NCBI GenBank assembly: GCA_964270895.1
Contig: OZ185436.1
Direction: 5' to 3' (one strand)
Origin: Podarcis filfolensis
Taxonomy: Eukaryota
DNA: 64,000 nucleotides
The notes beneath the pieces are model-generated. The model worked only from the letters and a program-made list of their open reading frames with translations, ran no database searches and had not been told where the DNA came from. Positions 51,194 to 63,802 of the stretch are shown piece after piece (within the stretch, counting starts at the first letter, position 1; each line of letters starts with the position of its first letter). A program made the position numbers and the translations under genes.

Positions 51194-54163
51194 GAACAAA
51201 TATTTTACAAGCTTTGATATCATGACAGGATAAAGATTCTTTGAGAAACATTTTCATGTCTTTAAAAGAAAAATTCCACCTAGCCCCAGGGAAAGCATTT
51301 CATGCCTCAAAGGATCCATCTTTCTAGCCTTGTCACCTGGAGCATCACCACATCTTTGAAGACTTATTTTCTTATCATAGCACACATTTGACTCAAACAA
51401 GCAAAGCAGTCATTTCCCCCCCCCCCCCAATGTAATGCTAAGGATGGCCTACAGTTTATACTGGAATGAACAGAGCATTTCCTATTCCCCACAAGTGGAA
51501 AGTCGATTGCTTTATCTGTAAATGTTCACAGGTGTACTGCAAGAGGTTTGTAAGTTGCACAGTCCCTTAAAATGTGGAAAGTAATTGTTTTCAGCAGTGT
51601 GTCACTGTGAATTTAGCTGCAGCTGGTGTTAAGTAATATCCCTCAGCCTAAAATGGCTTGATAGTATGCCCAGACCATCAGGATACTTAAAGCACAAATG
51701 CAGGGGAAGGAGATAAAGCTAGTATCTCTCCTCCCATTAGCATGCCTGGTCTCAAGTCTTTGGTATCACCCAAATCATTGCCAAGTGGGAATGAAAACAT
51801 GGTGCGTGCCAACTGGAAGAGGATTCTTCCTTCCATTCATACCAGCTCAGGTCTCTCCCGCCCTTTGTGCTTTGTCAGAAAGCTCAGATGAGAAGAAGGA
51901 AAGGAGGGTGAAGAGGTTTGCAGCAGGCCAGGATCAGCCATTGTGCTGCCAGTTGCCAACCACAATTCCAGCCTCAGAAACTTGGTGCCCGTGAACCCCA
52001 GCTGGAATATTCTACAGAATACCAATAGAGAGGATGATGAAAACTTTTATTTGGCTTTTCTACCACATGTTGCTTATGATATAGACATCATAAGAACAAC
52101 ATTAAAGCTCCAATATGCGAAATACATGACAATGATCAGGAGATAAGCTGATCTTTTACAAAAAGAAGAAGCTACAAGCCAGCCCAGGGACAACTCTGAA
52201 CTTGATCCACATTTCTAAAAAAAATCAGTTCTTACAGCAGAAAAAGAAACATCAGTTCAATGCAAGGAAAGATTAATGAACTACTTATTTACACAGTGCA
52301 GAAGGCGGCTTTTCAAGTTTAGAAACACTCTGAATAGATCTTCTAGAATAGCCTGGGTCAACTGAATTCCTTTTCTAAACCCCATTAAAGAACCGTTTGA
52401 ATGAAGGTTTATAATCTCGCCCTCTTCATCAGTGCTTCTAGTGTGACTGCTGTGTGTAACATCTTGCCTGATGGAAAACATTAAAGTTTGTGACATTTTG
52501 GTTGGCCCTAATAATGATGTTACCCAGCTGTGGATTTTGTATGTGGGTAAGTAATCCTTGCTACATATTTCCATAGTCATAGTCTGAAGTATAGTTCTTC
52601 ATAGCAAAAGGAGCTTGCATCACATAGATAAACCATTACATGTTCACATTTCACCAATAAACACAAATATTTTCCAAAAAAGAGCAACACTCACCTTGTG
52701 ATCAGAGATCAATTTACTTTTTATATATATTTATAGGAAAGGAAAAGATAATGGGTAGCTTTTCTTAGTCTCACAACCCTCTAAGCATATATTTCATTTC
52801 ATTTGTACAGGCAAAGAAACATTGCCTTTTAGATTTTCCTTGATATTGTGCTTACTTTGAGTTAATTGTGCGTAAAGAGTAAAGACTTGAATCAAAGGAT
52901 CTACGGTTGTTACAAAACTGCCATGCCCAGAATTTTGATAAGTTTGGGGAGTGCTAAAGCAGCAGCTCGCTGATTCTACTTTAATCAGTGTGAGTGTCCC
53001 CAAAGAATATTTGTGTGAAGCTTCAAGTCAAGGGAAAATGAATTATACCTGCTGCATTTAGCACACATGCAGCCTTAACTTACTTTCAGTATTGAAGCTA
53101 ATATGGGAGAAAATTGCTCAGCACAATGCAACAGAAGGCAGGTGTGACCCTCCACCCAGGTGCCCCTTTTGATGTAAAAATCAAACCTCATCCTTTATTT
53201 GATAAACGAACAGAGCAGACATATGAACAACCAGGACTGCCCCCATCACATACAATCAATCAGGAATTCGCAAATAACCTGCTCCCACCGAATCAGGGGT
53301 CACTGGGGCAGAGGGCATATTTTTTGGGGGAAACTCTAATACCAAGTCTTTGAAAAACATGCTTTCTTTTGTTTGAAAATATTCTGAACACAATTGTTCC
53401 ATCATTGTCTTTTTTAAAAAAATCATGTTTGCTGTTAAAAAACAAAAAAGCCAACAAAGGGAAGCATATTCCAGGGCAGCATTTAGCACAGCACGGTTAA
53501 TAAAATAGGAAAACATTAAAATAAAATAGAAATTCTGCCATGTAAGGTATGCCTGAAATCCAGTTCAATTGTTGAGCTGCCATCTGTTTTCTGTGCAAAC
53601 AGGACTGGTATTATCCTGAACTGATGTCACTTTGGGGCAATTATTTCCAAAAAGAAGTGGCTCTCCAGGGTTTCAGGTAGGGGAAATTCCCAGCCGCATC
53701 TGAAAATCCCTTTGCATGCAAATAATATGCTCTACCACTGACCCATGGCCTTTCCCACAATGAAGCCAACAAGACTGATGCCTTGTAAAAAGAAAACACA
53801 ACTTTATTATTTGAGAACTATGCTCTCAGCCTATGATGGCTGATACTGAGTGAAGACAATTTCCTGAGCCATTCTCAAGGGATTAGTTTGCTTCAATGAG
53901 CACAAAAGATGTGTTACCACGAGATAGAAAAACATGTTGTTGAAATGGCTAAGATTTCCTACATGGATTTTGGAAATGAGTTGAGGAATAGCACCAGGAT
54001 TCCTAATTTGTCTCTCTAGGAAATATTTATCCATTGAGGAACCAAGGACTGCACACTACATCATTTCCCGGGAAAGGGGGATGATTACCTCCCCCATAGT
54101 ATATGGCTTTTCAGAAAGTCCCGGACCTAAAATTACACTGCTGTAAACATTTTAAAAACATAC

Positions 54164-54261
54164 CTTCACAATTTCTTCCCCATCCACAATCTTCAGTTTT
54201 TCTAAGTTCTCCTTCAAGAGCTCTGGCTTCATACGCCACTTCAAAAGGCCCAGTAAACCAA
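54164..54261 (-). CDS. DOCK2: DOCK2 exon (~19), 98 nt: (V)[32 protein letters not shown]
   Basis: Acceptor cttctctgcag, donor gtatgt; preceded by a 92-nt intron. Confidence 0.96.
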
Positions 54262-54353
54262 CTGCAGAGAAGAGCAGAAATATATTCACAGAGAAAGGGG
54301 GTCTAGCTTTCAAGTGCAACTTAAAAAGCCTTGTCAGAAGCTTATATTCTTAC

Positions 54354-54537
54354 CATTTTGAGTTAGCTTGGTTGAACAAACAAGCGTTGAAATGGTAAAT
54401 GTGTCTCTTGAGCTTACTGAGAGCCCTCCAACACTGCTTGAACTCCGACTTAAGGTTGAGCCTTTAGAGTCTATGTTATGACGTGAGGAAGGGAGACTCA
54501 GGTAAGCACTGGCATCCTCCATTTTCTTACTATCACC
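54354..54537 (-). CDS. DOCK2: DOCK2 exon (~18), 184 nt: [61 protein letters not shown]
   Basis: Acceptor ttgctttcaag, donor gtaaga; end of DHR-1 ([11 protein letters not shown]). Confidence 0.97.
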
Positions 54538-57170
54538 CTTGAAAGCAAGGCATGAAAACAAGGTGAGAGTCAGTGGAATGAGCTAAATTCACATATAACT
54601 AGGATAACTTTGCTGCACTCTTCCACACCAGTAGCCTTTTAGAAATAAATCTTTTTTAAAAAAATATTGGATTGAGACAAAAGTATATGCACTTTCTCTG
54701 CACAAACAAAACTCACAATCTACTTTTGAAACTAAGTGAGGATACGTGGGCAAAGAATTTTCTGCTGGTTTATAAAGAGAAGAGGTCACAACATGCACAT
54801 AAGTCCATGGACACACAGAAACCGTTAAAAAAATCTTCTCAGTGAACAATGGAAATGGAAACAAATTAATTTTATTTAAATCATGTTTACCTTGCTCTTC
54901 AATCAAAAGGGTCCCCTGAGCAGCTTACAAATAGATCAAAACTATGGTCCTTAGACCACCGGTGGGGAATCTGTGACCTTGCAGATTTGGTTGGACTCCA
55001 TCTCATCAATCCCAGCCAGCATAGCCAAGGGTCAAGGATGGGGGGGCGGGGGTTGTTCTCTAACAACACCTGCACAGTTTCCCCATCTCTGCCACAGTTC
55101 CCCCATTGCAGCAGGTGGGGCAGGAACTAAAAAGCAAACTCAAGCACCAGTTTTTAAAGCAACAGTTCTTATAGCAACTGGATGGGATTAAATTATGGGA
55201 TGCATCAAGGTGAAAAGTAAAGCTTCAAAAAGTAGCAGCTTTGGGTTGAATTGTCCTTCAACTGACACCAGGGAGCGCTCTCCATGTGATGTTGGATTCC
55301 GTTCCCCATCAGCCCAAGCCAGCATTGCTCTTGCCAGAACTGATGGCAGCTGAAGTCTAGAAACGTCAGGATTGCACCACATTGGTTACCCTAGTACAGG
55401 CAGACTTAGTTATGCTGCTGTGTGATCATTTTGTGCATTATCCTGTTCCCACACCACTGGCTGGGTATGGAAAGACCACAGTATTAAGTCTGTCTAAATT
55501 TTATTATCCTTTTGGCAGGGACCAGCTGCATGTGAGAGTTCCCTGCAGGGAATTAGCATCTACAGGCAAACCAAGGAGAATTGACCCCCACCTCCCACCA
55601 GCTGATATCACCTGCCCATCAGAGTGATGTAACTTGATTTACATGCAGGAGTGGTTTCAGAAAAATGGCCTTGCTGGCCAAATTGCAACTAGGTCAAGAT
55701 AAGCCTACAGGACATATTCCCCAGCCCTGGACTAAACATGACAGGAACAGCTGGGAAAACTTGAACAAGGGCTTCCATTTTCAGCAACAGTCCTACAACC
55801 AACTCATTGCTAGTTGTGCCCTAAAACTCCACAAGTGAGAGTCTTTTTCATTTTAGCAACACTCAGGGCATTGGCCATGTCCCACAGGGCTTCTAACTCT
55901 TAAGTACTAAGAGTAGGTTCCTAAATTGTACTGCAGACTGTTTTTCAAACTTGGGGAGCCACACAACCCTGGTGCTAGGGACACCTGCTTCATACAACTG
56001 ATTTTCCTTATTTATCTTCAAGGAATCATTGCGGATGTTTAGTAATAAACTGCTTTTTAAAATGGAAATCAAAGGGTATTTAGGCAGCCATTCCCAGTTT
56101 AGCATTTAAAACTGACTAAAGGTTTTATCACCAGACTGCAGCTTTTTGTCTGACAGATCTCCAGCATCCTATAAGGACATATTTGGAAAAGCTCCAAACA
56201 ACCTGAAATATAGTCAGCTCAGTCTTTTCGTCCCTTTCTTTCTGTTTCCCACTAGGCCATTTGCAAGGATTTTGTGTAAAAGCCAGAAACTTGGGCTAGT
56301 TGCCAGATGTGTTGAGTACACCTGAATTTTTTTAGGAAAAGCCAGCTACAGCATTTTCACTTGCTGTATGTGCTAGAACGGTGTAAGTCAAGAATAGTCA
56401 GCGTGCTGGCCTCCAAAGTGCAACTCCCACCACCCCTAGCTATTGGGTATGCTGGCTGCGACTGATGGGAATTGTAGTCCACAACAACTGGAAGGTACCA
56501 CGTTAGCTATTCCTGGCGTAACTCACACTACACAAAGAAATCACTGAGTTCAGTTTTAGCACTGATGGATGTTCCTATATGAATATGCTATCCTTCAGGA
56601 CCCCTCTTTCAAAGTTTAGGCATATGGATCTGGGCTGGGGAGAAGGTTTTTTTTCCCCAGTATTTGCATGCCAGTTATAGAATGACCTCCCCCTAGTCCT
56701 TTCAGGCTAGGAGTTGTTGGTATCTGTCTGTCTCAAGAGACAATGGAGTGTGCCTCTGATGGGAAAGTAAAACCACAGTGTTAGCAGCACCAAAGTGAGC
56801 CCCCTGGGACTCAATCTGCCCCAGCCTGTCTTCACATGCAGGGGAAGTCCCTAATTCACCAAGGGTTTGAGACCCATTGGCTACCTTCACCTGGTTTAGC
56901 CAGCCAGTCAAAGTTGTTCCTGGGGTGTGGCCACAGTCACATGCGGACAGCTTCTAGGAACCTCAGGTGAGAGCTGAGTGGAGGTGGGCACCAAACGTGG
57001 ACATACTACCCCAAAAGGAGCATGGTGTGTTCCCTACCAGAGGTACTACCCCTCCCCTAACACCCCACACACCCCAGGCTTGGAGCATAATGCTTTAAGT
57101 AGACCAGCAGGAGATTGTTAGTGGATTGTGCAAAGCCGTGTGGAAGTCTATGCAGCATAACCAACAATAC

Positions 57171-57274
57171 CTTTAGAACGGCCAGATCATGAAAGCCATC
57201 AAGCAGAGTTGTCCCATCCTCCTTCATTAACTTCACATAGGCCATTGCAAAGTTCTTTTCTCCTTTGTCTTTAG
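57171..57274 (-). CDS. DOCK2: DOCK2 exon (~17), 104 nt: [34 protein letters not shown]
   Basis: Acceptor ttattgcacag, donor gtattg; lies inside ORF 57057..57245. Confidence 0.96.
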
Positions 57275-57376
57275 CTGTGCAATAAATAATTTGGTATAAT
57301 TCTTTTTTCCCGCCTATAACATGTCCACTTATCTAATGTTGCATATTGAATGCAAATAATCAAGCAGGTTACTTAC

Positions 57377-57449
57377 ACTCCTGAGATGACCGATGTCTAA
57401 ACGTAAACCGCAAGTGAATTCTTTGCATATCCTCAATGGGCAATGCTAC
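57377..57449 (-). CDS. DOCK2: DOCK2 exon (~16), 73 nt: VALPIEDMQRIHLRFTFRHRSSQE(S)
   Basis: Acceptor aaatag, donor gtaagt; HLRFTFRHRSS motif; followed by a 102-nt intron. Confidence 0.95.
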
Positions 57450-58012
57450 CTATTTAAATACATAAACAGCTATTAAAGTAAAAATGATATGATGAATACA
57501 TAGAGGGAAGCTCTACCAGCAGTTCTAAATTAGCACTGCCCAAATATCCATCTATGGCTAAAGTCCTGCTGTAGTCATCAGTGGCAGCTATTTGTGCATA
57601 ATGACCTAATGTTATGCTCTGCTGCACTTTTTCAGGACTTGTATTTCATTATTTGCCAAATGAAGCTATACCACCACAAGATTACATGCCTTTGAAATAA
57701 ACTTTACATTTTAATGCAAATTCATATCATGACTAATGCTACTGTTGAATGAACTTTCTTGCTGAATAAGATAGTATTGCTTAGTCATAGATATATTAAA
57801 GGGCTTGCTTTGAAGTCCCTACACTGCAAAAAGTAAATTCTAATGTGCCTCCTTTGTTATTTGATCTTTAAATTGTGCGTGGATAAGATTCACAGTGGTG
57901 GAAAGTTGTATAATAAAAGGATCCTCCAATGTAGAAATGGGGCCAATTCAGATGTAAATTTCTCCACAAATAGGAGCCTTGCTATTTTAAGAGATAACAC
58001 CTGATCTGGTGC

Positions 58013-58133
58013 TAGTTACAGATAGGTAGCCGTGTTGGTCTGAAGAAGTGTGCAAGCACACGAAAGCTCATACGAATAACAAACTTAGTTGGTCTCTAAG
58101 GTGCTACTGGAAGGAATTTGTTTGTTTGTTTTG
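58013..58133 (+). mobile_element. 121-bp Penelope-derived insertion containing a hammerhead ribozyme core
   Basis: 14-bp TSD acctgatctggtgc (57999-58012) / acctggtctggtgc (58134-58147); CTGAAGA-A-GTGTG-CAAG-CACAC-GAAA-GCTC at 58040-58069; reptile PLE-type ends (ggtagccgtgttggtctg; gttggtctctaaggtgctactgg). Confidence 0.75.
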
Positions 58134-59365
58134 ACCTGGTCTGGTGCAACTGCCACTATTTGAGGAGTATGACATCATGTCTCATGCAAATCCTGAGTGC
58201 CAGTATTTGGGAAAGTAACAAGTCGGATGTTTCATCTTCAGTGGAGCTACACTCTGGAACCTATGGTCTGAACCTATCTTTATACCAGGTATACCAGGTA
58301 TCTTAAGCTTGTATACAAAGGTCGCCTTTCTAATATCTGCCAATTCCCCTTTTGCACCACAGCTCATTGTGCTACCCAGTAGCTACCAGTTTTGACCGCT
58401 TTTTAGGGGACAGAAAAGTGGGGAGGAGAGACCATGAACATTCACTCTCTTCTAGATCCAACCCATTATTCTAATTCATTATAGCAGCATCACCTCACAT
58501 ACGTTTGGACACTACTGATCATAATCAGAATTAACTTGGAATTAGAAGACTTCAAAGGCTAGTTTTAAAAAGCTCCAAATATTTTATTATAAGCTTAACT
58601 TGGATTTCCACTAGTGCACCATTTTCAGAAGAGACACTGCTTGACACATAAATATTTGAAAGTACATGGAAATAAATACATTTTGTACCCAATAATACCT
58701 TTTATTATGCCATTTTTTTCCCTCCCTGCTGCCCTCTGTCTCTTCTTGCCAAAGCACCTTAATAGAATTAAACTCATTATCTACCTAAGAGCCACATTAT
58801 GACAGCAATTTTCTATAGTGCTCTCTCTTTAAAAGGAGCAGATTTACAATAAGCTTTCCTAGTAGCCTACAGCCATTTTGTAATTATTTCCATCACAACC
58901 TTCCAAGAATTTGCTTATTACAAGTTACATGCAAACCATAGAGATGTCAATTAATTCTTCTCTAACAAGGATATAAATTGTAAAAGGTCTTTTTTCATGA
59001 GGTGACGGAAGTTCCCGTATTTTCTAATTTTTCTCAGCTTACTGGACCATACACTCCTACATTTGCTCTAAGTTTTTTTAAAAAATGCATTATTGTAATA
59101 CTAGGAGAAAATGGAATGGGACAAAATTTCTATCAAATTCATCTTGGAGATTATGGGCAACTAAGTTAACTGTATACTATTACAAATGGAAAAATCACGC
59201 TTCTTGCTTCTAGAAGAGCAAAATAATGCAAGCAATTCCTTGGTGGCTTGCATTCTTTCAACTGTATTGTCAGAGCTTATAGTTTAGCATAAGCAGCAGA
59301 GTCCTAGGTTCCTCTTAAGCAAAGATTTTAAATGGGGAGGTGAGGCATCTCCTCCCCTGTCATAC

Positions 59366-59464
59366 CTTTAATGTCTCCGCCCAGCGGGGCTGTTTAACTT
59401 GGTAGTAGACCACTGATTTGTATTCACTTGTAGGCTTGTCTCCAGCTCCTAAACAAATTGCATT
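59366..59464 (-). CDS. DOCK2: DOCK2 exon (~15), 99 nt: [33 protein letters not shown]
   Basis: Acceptor tttgtgtaag, donor gtatga; C2-DOCK motif [12 protein letters not shown]. Confidence 0.95.
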
Positions 59465-60811
59465 CTTACACAAAACAGGGGAGAAGAGGAAAGAGGTGCA
59501 GCTTCTTAGTTCTTACATACATATTTTCAATTCAGAACTATATAACTACTATAGTTTTAATATTGCCATCCGTACAGTCTATGCTAACCTCTAGGACTCT
59601 TATGTCTTGACTCTCCAGAGAGGGTAAGTGTACAGTCCCAAAGTGGGGCAGAAACCAAAGGAAAACCACAGAAAATATGTTTATGATGGTGCAGCCCTGT
59701 AAATTACCTGAACAGGCAGGAAAGGGTAAAGTACCTCACAGCAAGAACGTAAGTAATTAAGGCTAGCATCAGCACTTAGCATTATGGACCACTGGCAACT
59801 CTGATGCACTTTGGAAGGGCCCACCATGTTACTTTGGCCTAAATTGTGTTTGTGAACTGTCTGTGTCCCTCAATACCCCTGGTACTGCCATCAAGGCTTT
59901 GTGGAAGATGTAAAGCGGTGGCCAGCCTGCAGCCACCTGTTGCCACCAGTGCTTTCCACCACCATTGGTGAGCCCCCAGAGAACGCTACAAAGCATTGGG
60001 GGCCCACTAGGCCGCACTTTGCTGAGGATTCCAATGGACCCAGATCTGGCATAATATTAACAGACATACTTGCAGAGGCAATGACTGCAGTTAAGCAGAA
60101 ATTTAGCTTAACAACTCAAATGCTGGTGCACAGAAATTCTCACAGAAGCACTTTTAAGGACCACATTGTGTGGGAATGTGGCCATGTCTGTAACTGTCTC
60201 TTCTTTCTGAACAAGAAATGCTGTACTTCTCCCACTTGTAAAGGATAGTAACATCTGTCCTACCAACTGTAACTCATTAGCAAATTTAACTGCATTTCCA
60301 CTACCTAGCTCCTAAAATTATTCAGCTACTTCATAAATTTTCCAATATTGGAAATAATGTTCTCAGCATCCAACAAAGCTATATGGTGCATGGGAGAGGA
60401 GATTAGTCATTGAAGGTTTTCTGGCTACTTCTTCTCTCAGCAGTTTTCCAGAATTTATATTTATGTAACTGTTTTATGCTACTTATTTGCATGTTTAGTC
60501 TTTCATGCAAATGCCCTGCCAATTTTTTCTTCCTTTCCAACCAATATCCAACCAATACTCTGATCCCTAAGTAACTCCCAGGAAATTTAACAGTGCAATT
60601 ATTTTCTCAGCCAAGGATAGCTTGCTGTTCCAATAAATTCTTCCTTCTTTTCACTCTGTATCATTTATTTTTAAAGCTAAGATGTTGAACCAGGTTGGTC
60701 ACATCTACTTAAGCACACCTACACAGCAGACAAAAATGTATATAGAGCTTTTATCTGAATTATTAGTCAGAAGGAGCATGAGAAGAGATATTATATATAT
60801 TATATATTATA

Positions 60812-60901
60812 AGGCAGTGGAAGACAGGAGTGCCTGGTGTGCTCTAGTCCATGGAGTCATGAAGAGTCAGACACGACTAAACGACTAAACAACAACAACA
60901 A
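60812..60901 (+). mobile_element. RTE-BovB LINE 3' end
   Basis: AVEDRSAWCALVHGVMKSQTRLND* followed by an (AAC)n tail, the typical BovB terminus. Confidence 0.85.
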
Positions 60902-60917
60902 CATATATTATAATATA

Positions 60918-61145
60918 CAGTGGCACCTCAGGTTACAAATGCTTCGGGTTACAAAAGCTTCAGGTTACAGACTCCGCTAACCCGGAAGTAGTACCTCGGG
61001 TTATGAAGTTTGCCCCAGGATGAGAACAGAAATGGCGTGGCAGCAGGAGGCCCCATTAGCTAAAGTGATACCTCAGGTTAAGAACAGTTTCAGGTTAAGA
61101 ACGGACCTCCAGAACGAAGTAAGTTCTTAACCAGAGGAACCACTG
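60918..61145 (+). mobile_element. Same MITE family, copy 3
   Basis: TA-cagtggcacctcagg ... gaggaaccactg-TA; internal sequence matches copy 1. Confidence 0.85.
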
Positions 61146-61167
61146 TATATTATATATATTATAACAC

Positions 61168-61312
61168 NNNNNNNNNNNNNNNNNNNNNNNNNNNNNNNNN
61201 NNNNNNNNNNNNNNNNNNNNNNNNNNNNNNNNNNNNNNNNNNNNNNNNNNNNNNNNNNNNNNNNNNNNNNNNNNNNNNNNNNNNNNNNNNNNNNNNNNNN
61301 NNNNNNNNNNNN
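61168..61312. other. Assembly gap (run of N, ~145 nt)
   Basis: Seen directly; follows a BovB, MITE and (TA)-rich cluster. Confidence 0.98.
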
Positions 61313-62253
61313 NCTTAGATCAGATCAGGAGGAAGACTTGAGACTCTGTGCCACAGACTGTCAATCTTTCCGCAGACCTATCTCAGATTTTTCACATTAT
61401 TTTCGAACCTCCAGAAAAGCCTCGCAGAGGCAAACACCAAAGGGACATTCTTTGTTGTTCACTACTGCTTCATTGGCAGCTGCCATTTCAATTTGCTCAA
61501 TTTGCATTGTTGTGAGTACACATGGAACTTGCAGGAACAAGCAACCTTGCATGACTTTTGCACGCTGGAGTGTGGAGCACAAGCTATGAAATATACCAGC
61601 GAATGGGCTTGGGCCCAAAATGGATTACGTTAAAGCGGCATCTATGATTCTATTATTTGTGGACTCTAAAAAACATTTTGTTTTGCTCTTAAGGAATGTT
61701 ATGGAGGTCAACAAACAATAGTTGCTTAAGTAAACCTATTCTTGTTGCCCTTGATTTATTAGCTAGCTGCTTCACCTGTAAAATTCAAGGGCAGAATGTG
61801 TGGGGGGGAATCTTTTTTATACTAAAAATGCACAATTATATATATAAAAAACCAATGTGCCAATGCTATCAATATATTATATATCAATATATTATACCAG
61901 GGTTCTTAGAATTCATCTTACTAAAAGTCCAACAGTTAAAACATATGGCAATCTATTTAGTCCAAACCAGGCTACTTGCATCTATACGACTTCTTTTTTC
62001 ACCTCCTCATATATCAAGTGCAAACATATCTCTCAAAATATGTCATGACTATGATAAGATGGCTTGCCAATATACACCTATGGTTGTAGAATTCTGTGTG
62101 CCGAGTTTCTGAATCAAGCGCTCTTCATCAGCATATAAATGCTAACAGAGCAAAACCAACAGATCTGAACTGCAGCACAAGCTTTAGGAAATGAGGTTAC
62201 AGCAAAGTTGTGCTTGTTCATCTTCAGTATGCACACAAGAGAGCAACACTTAC

Positions 62254-62378
62254 TGGTATCACTTTTCCATCTTCATCACAGACACACATGTTGACTTCTA
62301 TGTTTCTCTGTGAAGTTTTATTAGACTTATCCAGGTCTCCATTTAGCAAGGTAATGTAGATGTCATTTCTTATATCAC
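62254..62378 (-). CDS. DOCK2: DOCK2 exon (~14), 125 nt, start of DHR-1/C2: [41 protein letters not shown]
   Basis: Acceptor tttcttttatag, donor gtaagt; lies inside ORF 62224..62460. Confidence 0.96.
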
Positions 62379-63676
62379 CTATAAAAGAAATGCAAAAGGG
62401 GTAGATACCGGGACAGAAAGGACTGAAAGCAGCTAAGGTGACAGAATGCATAAGATCCATGCCTTGCCCTACTCAGTGATATACTGAAGTGTGAATGTTC
62501 AAGGGAGAAAATGAAATTCGGCTTTGATGTCTATTATCAAACTTTTATAGTCTTGTCAGGAAAGAGCTTGACATTGCTTCTACAGCGATATGTAATTCTC
62601 ATCCTACAATGACACCTCCTGGTGAAGAACAGCAAAGGCACACCAGCTAGAGGGAAGAGTGTCATGCAGATACAGTAACATGTTGCTGTAAATTTAATTT
62701 GTGAATCACTTTTTGTGTAAGATTCAAGGTGGTCTATAATCAAACAGTAAAAATGACAAAATATAGGTTTAAAGACAATACAAATAAGCAGGCAAGGCAG
62801 AGACCTAAAAGAAATAGTACAAAGCAAAACTCCCCTTCAAATTTTAGGGGAGGGGGCGAAAGTTGGGATGCGGAAAAGTCACCGACTGCAAATGGAACCA
62901 TTTCACCACCAAAATAATTTTGAAACAGAAGAGAAGCACAAGGCAACTTTTGATACAGGATGACTGTCTGTTGTATTTTTTTATGGAATCAAAAATAGGG
63001 TTGATTGAAAAGTTGTCAAAACTCTTTTGGCTTGAAATGAAGGAAAAACACACAGGCAAAAGGTTTCATGAACCAGCACTCTGCCTCACCCTTTTCACCA
63101 CCACTGCCTGCTTCATGGTCCTGGGGGCAACCGTATTCATACAGTGGCTGCAGTGATTGTGAGGCACCATTTCCGTCTCTCCCCCTCCCCACTACCAGCT
63201 GGATCCAGAATGAGGACAGAAAGCTTTGCCTTTACTCTGATGTCACTGTGTCATCATGAACCCAATTGCCTTTTGATCTCACTCAGGAGCCATTTGTGGC
63301 AGGGGATTGGAACCACCAGCCAGTGAGACTCTAAGAAGCATGATGGTGTAAGTCGCAACTTCACAGCACACTTTATCACCTTTGTGGTGCCACCCTCCCA
63401 CCCCAAATTGCAGAACCACCCCAGGCAACGTCACAGCAGGAAAAATATGGGTGGTGAAGCTGGTCTCGGAGTATTGCAACAGAAGAGGAAGTCAGGGCAT
63501 GAAGTTCCATAAATCCCATTAAGGCATTACCACTAATTTATAGGAAAATTGAGAAATAAAAGTCCCAGTAAAAACATTACTGTTGCTTTCAGCACCTCAG
63601 AACAGACTTTCTTTGGGTGGTTTCATTTGTAAAAAGAAAATAGCCAGCTTCTAAGCAGAAGCAAACAACCTCATAC

Positions 63677-63802
63677 CTGGCATGATTATTTCCGGAAAAC
63701 CAAGCTTCCTAGCAACGACTGTTGTTCTGTCAACAAGATGAGGGTAGTCCTTTCTAATCTGAGTAGTGTCTCCAACAAGCATTTTCATAGTTACCCATAG
63801 CC
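63677..63802 (-). CDS. DOCK2: DOCK2 exon (~13), 126 nt: (G)[41 protein letters not shown](G)
   Basis: Acceptor ttcttctacag, donor gtatga; the conserved DOCK-A motif [13 protein letters not shown]. Confidence 0.95.

Noticed and set aside
53603-53676. Further plus-strand coding exon DWYYPELMSLWGNYFQKEVALQGF
   Set aside because: It overlaps an antisense SINE remnant and depends on a weak upstream donor; it cannot be supported as coding.
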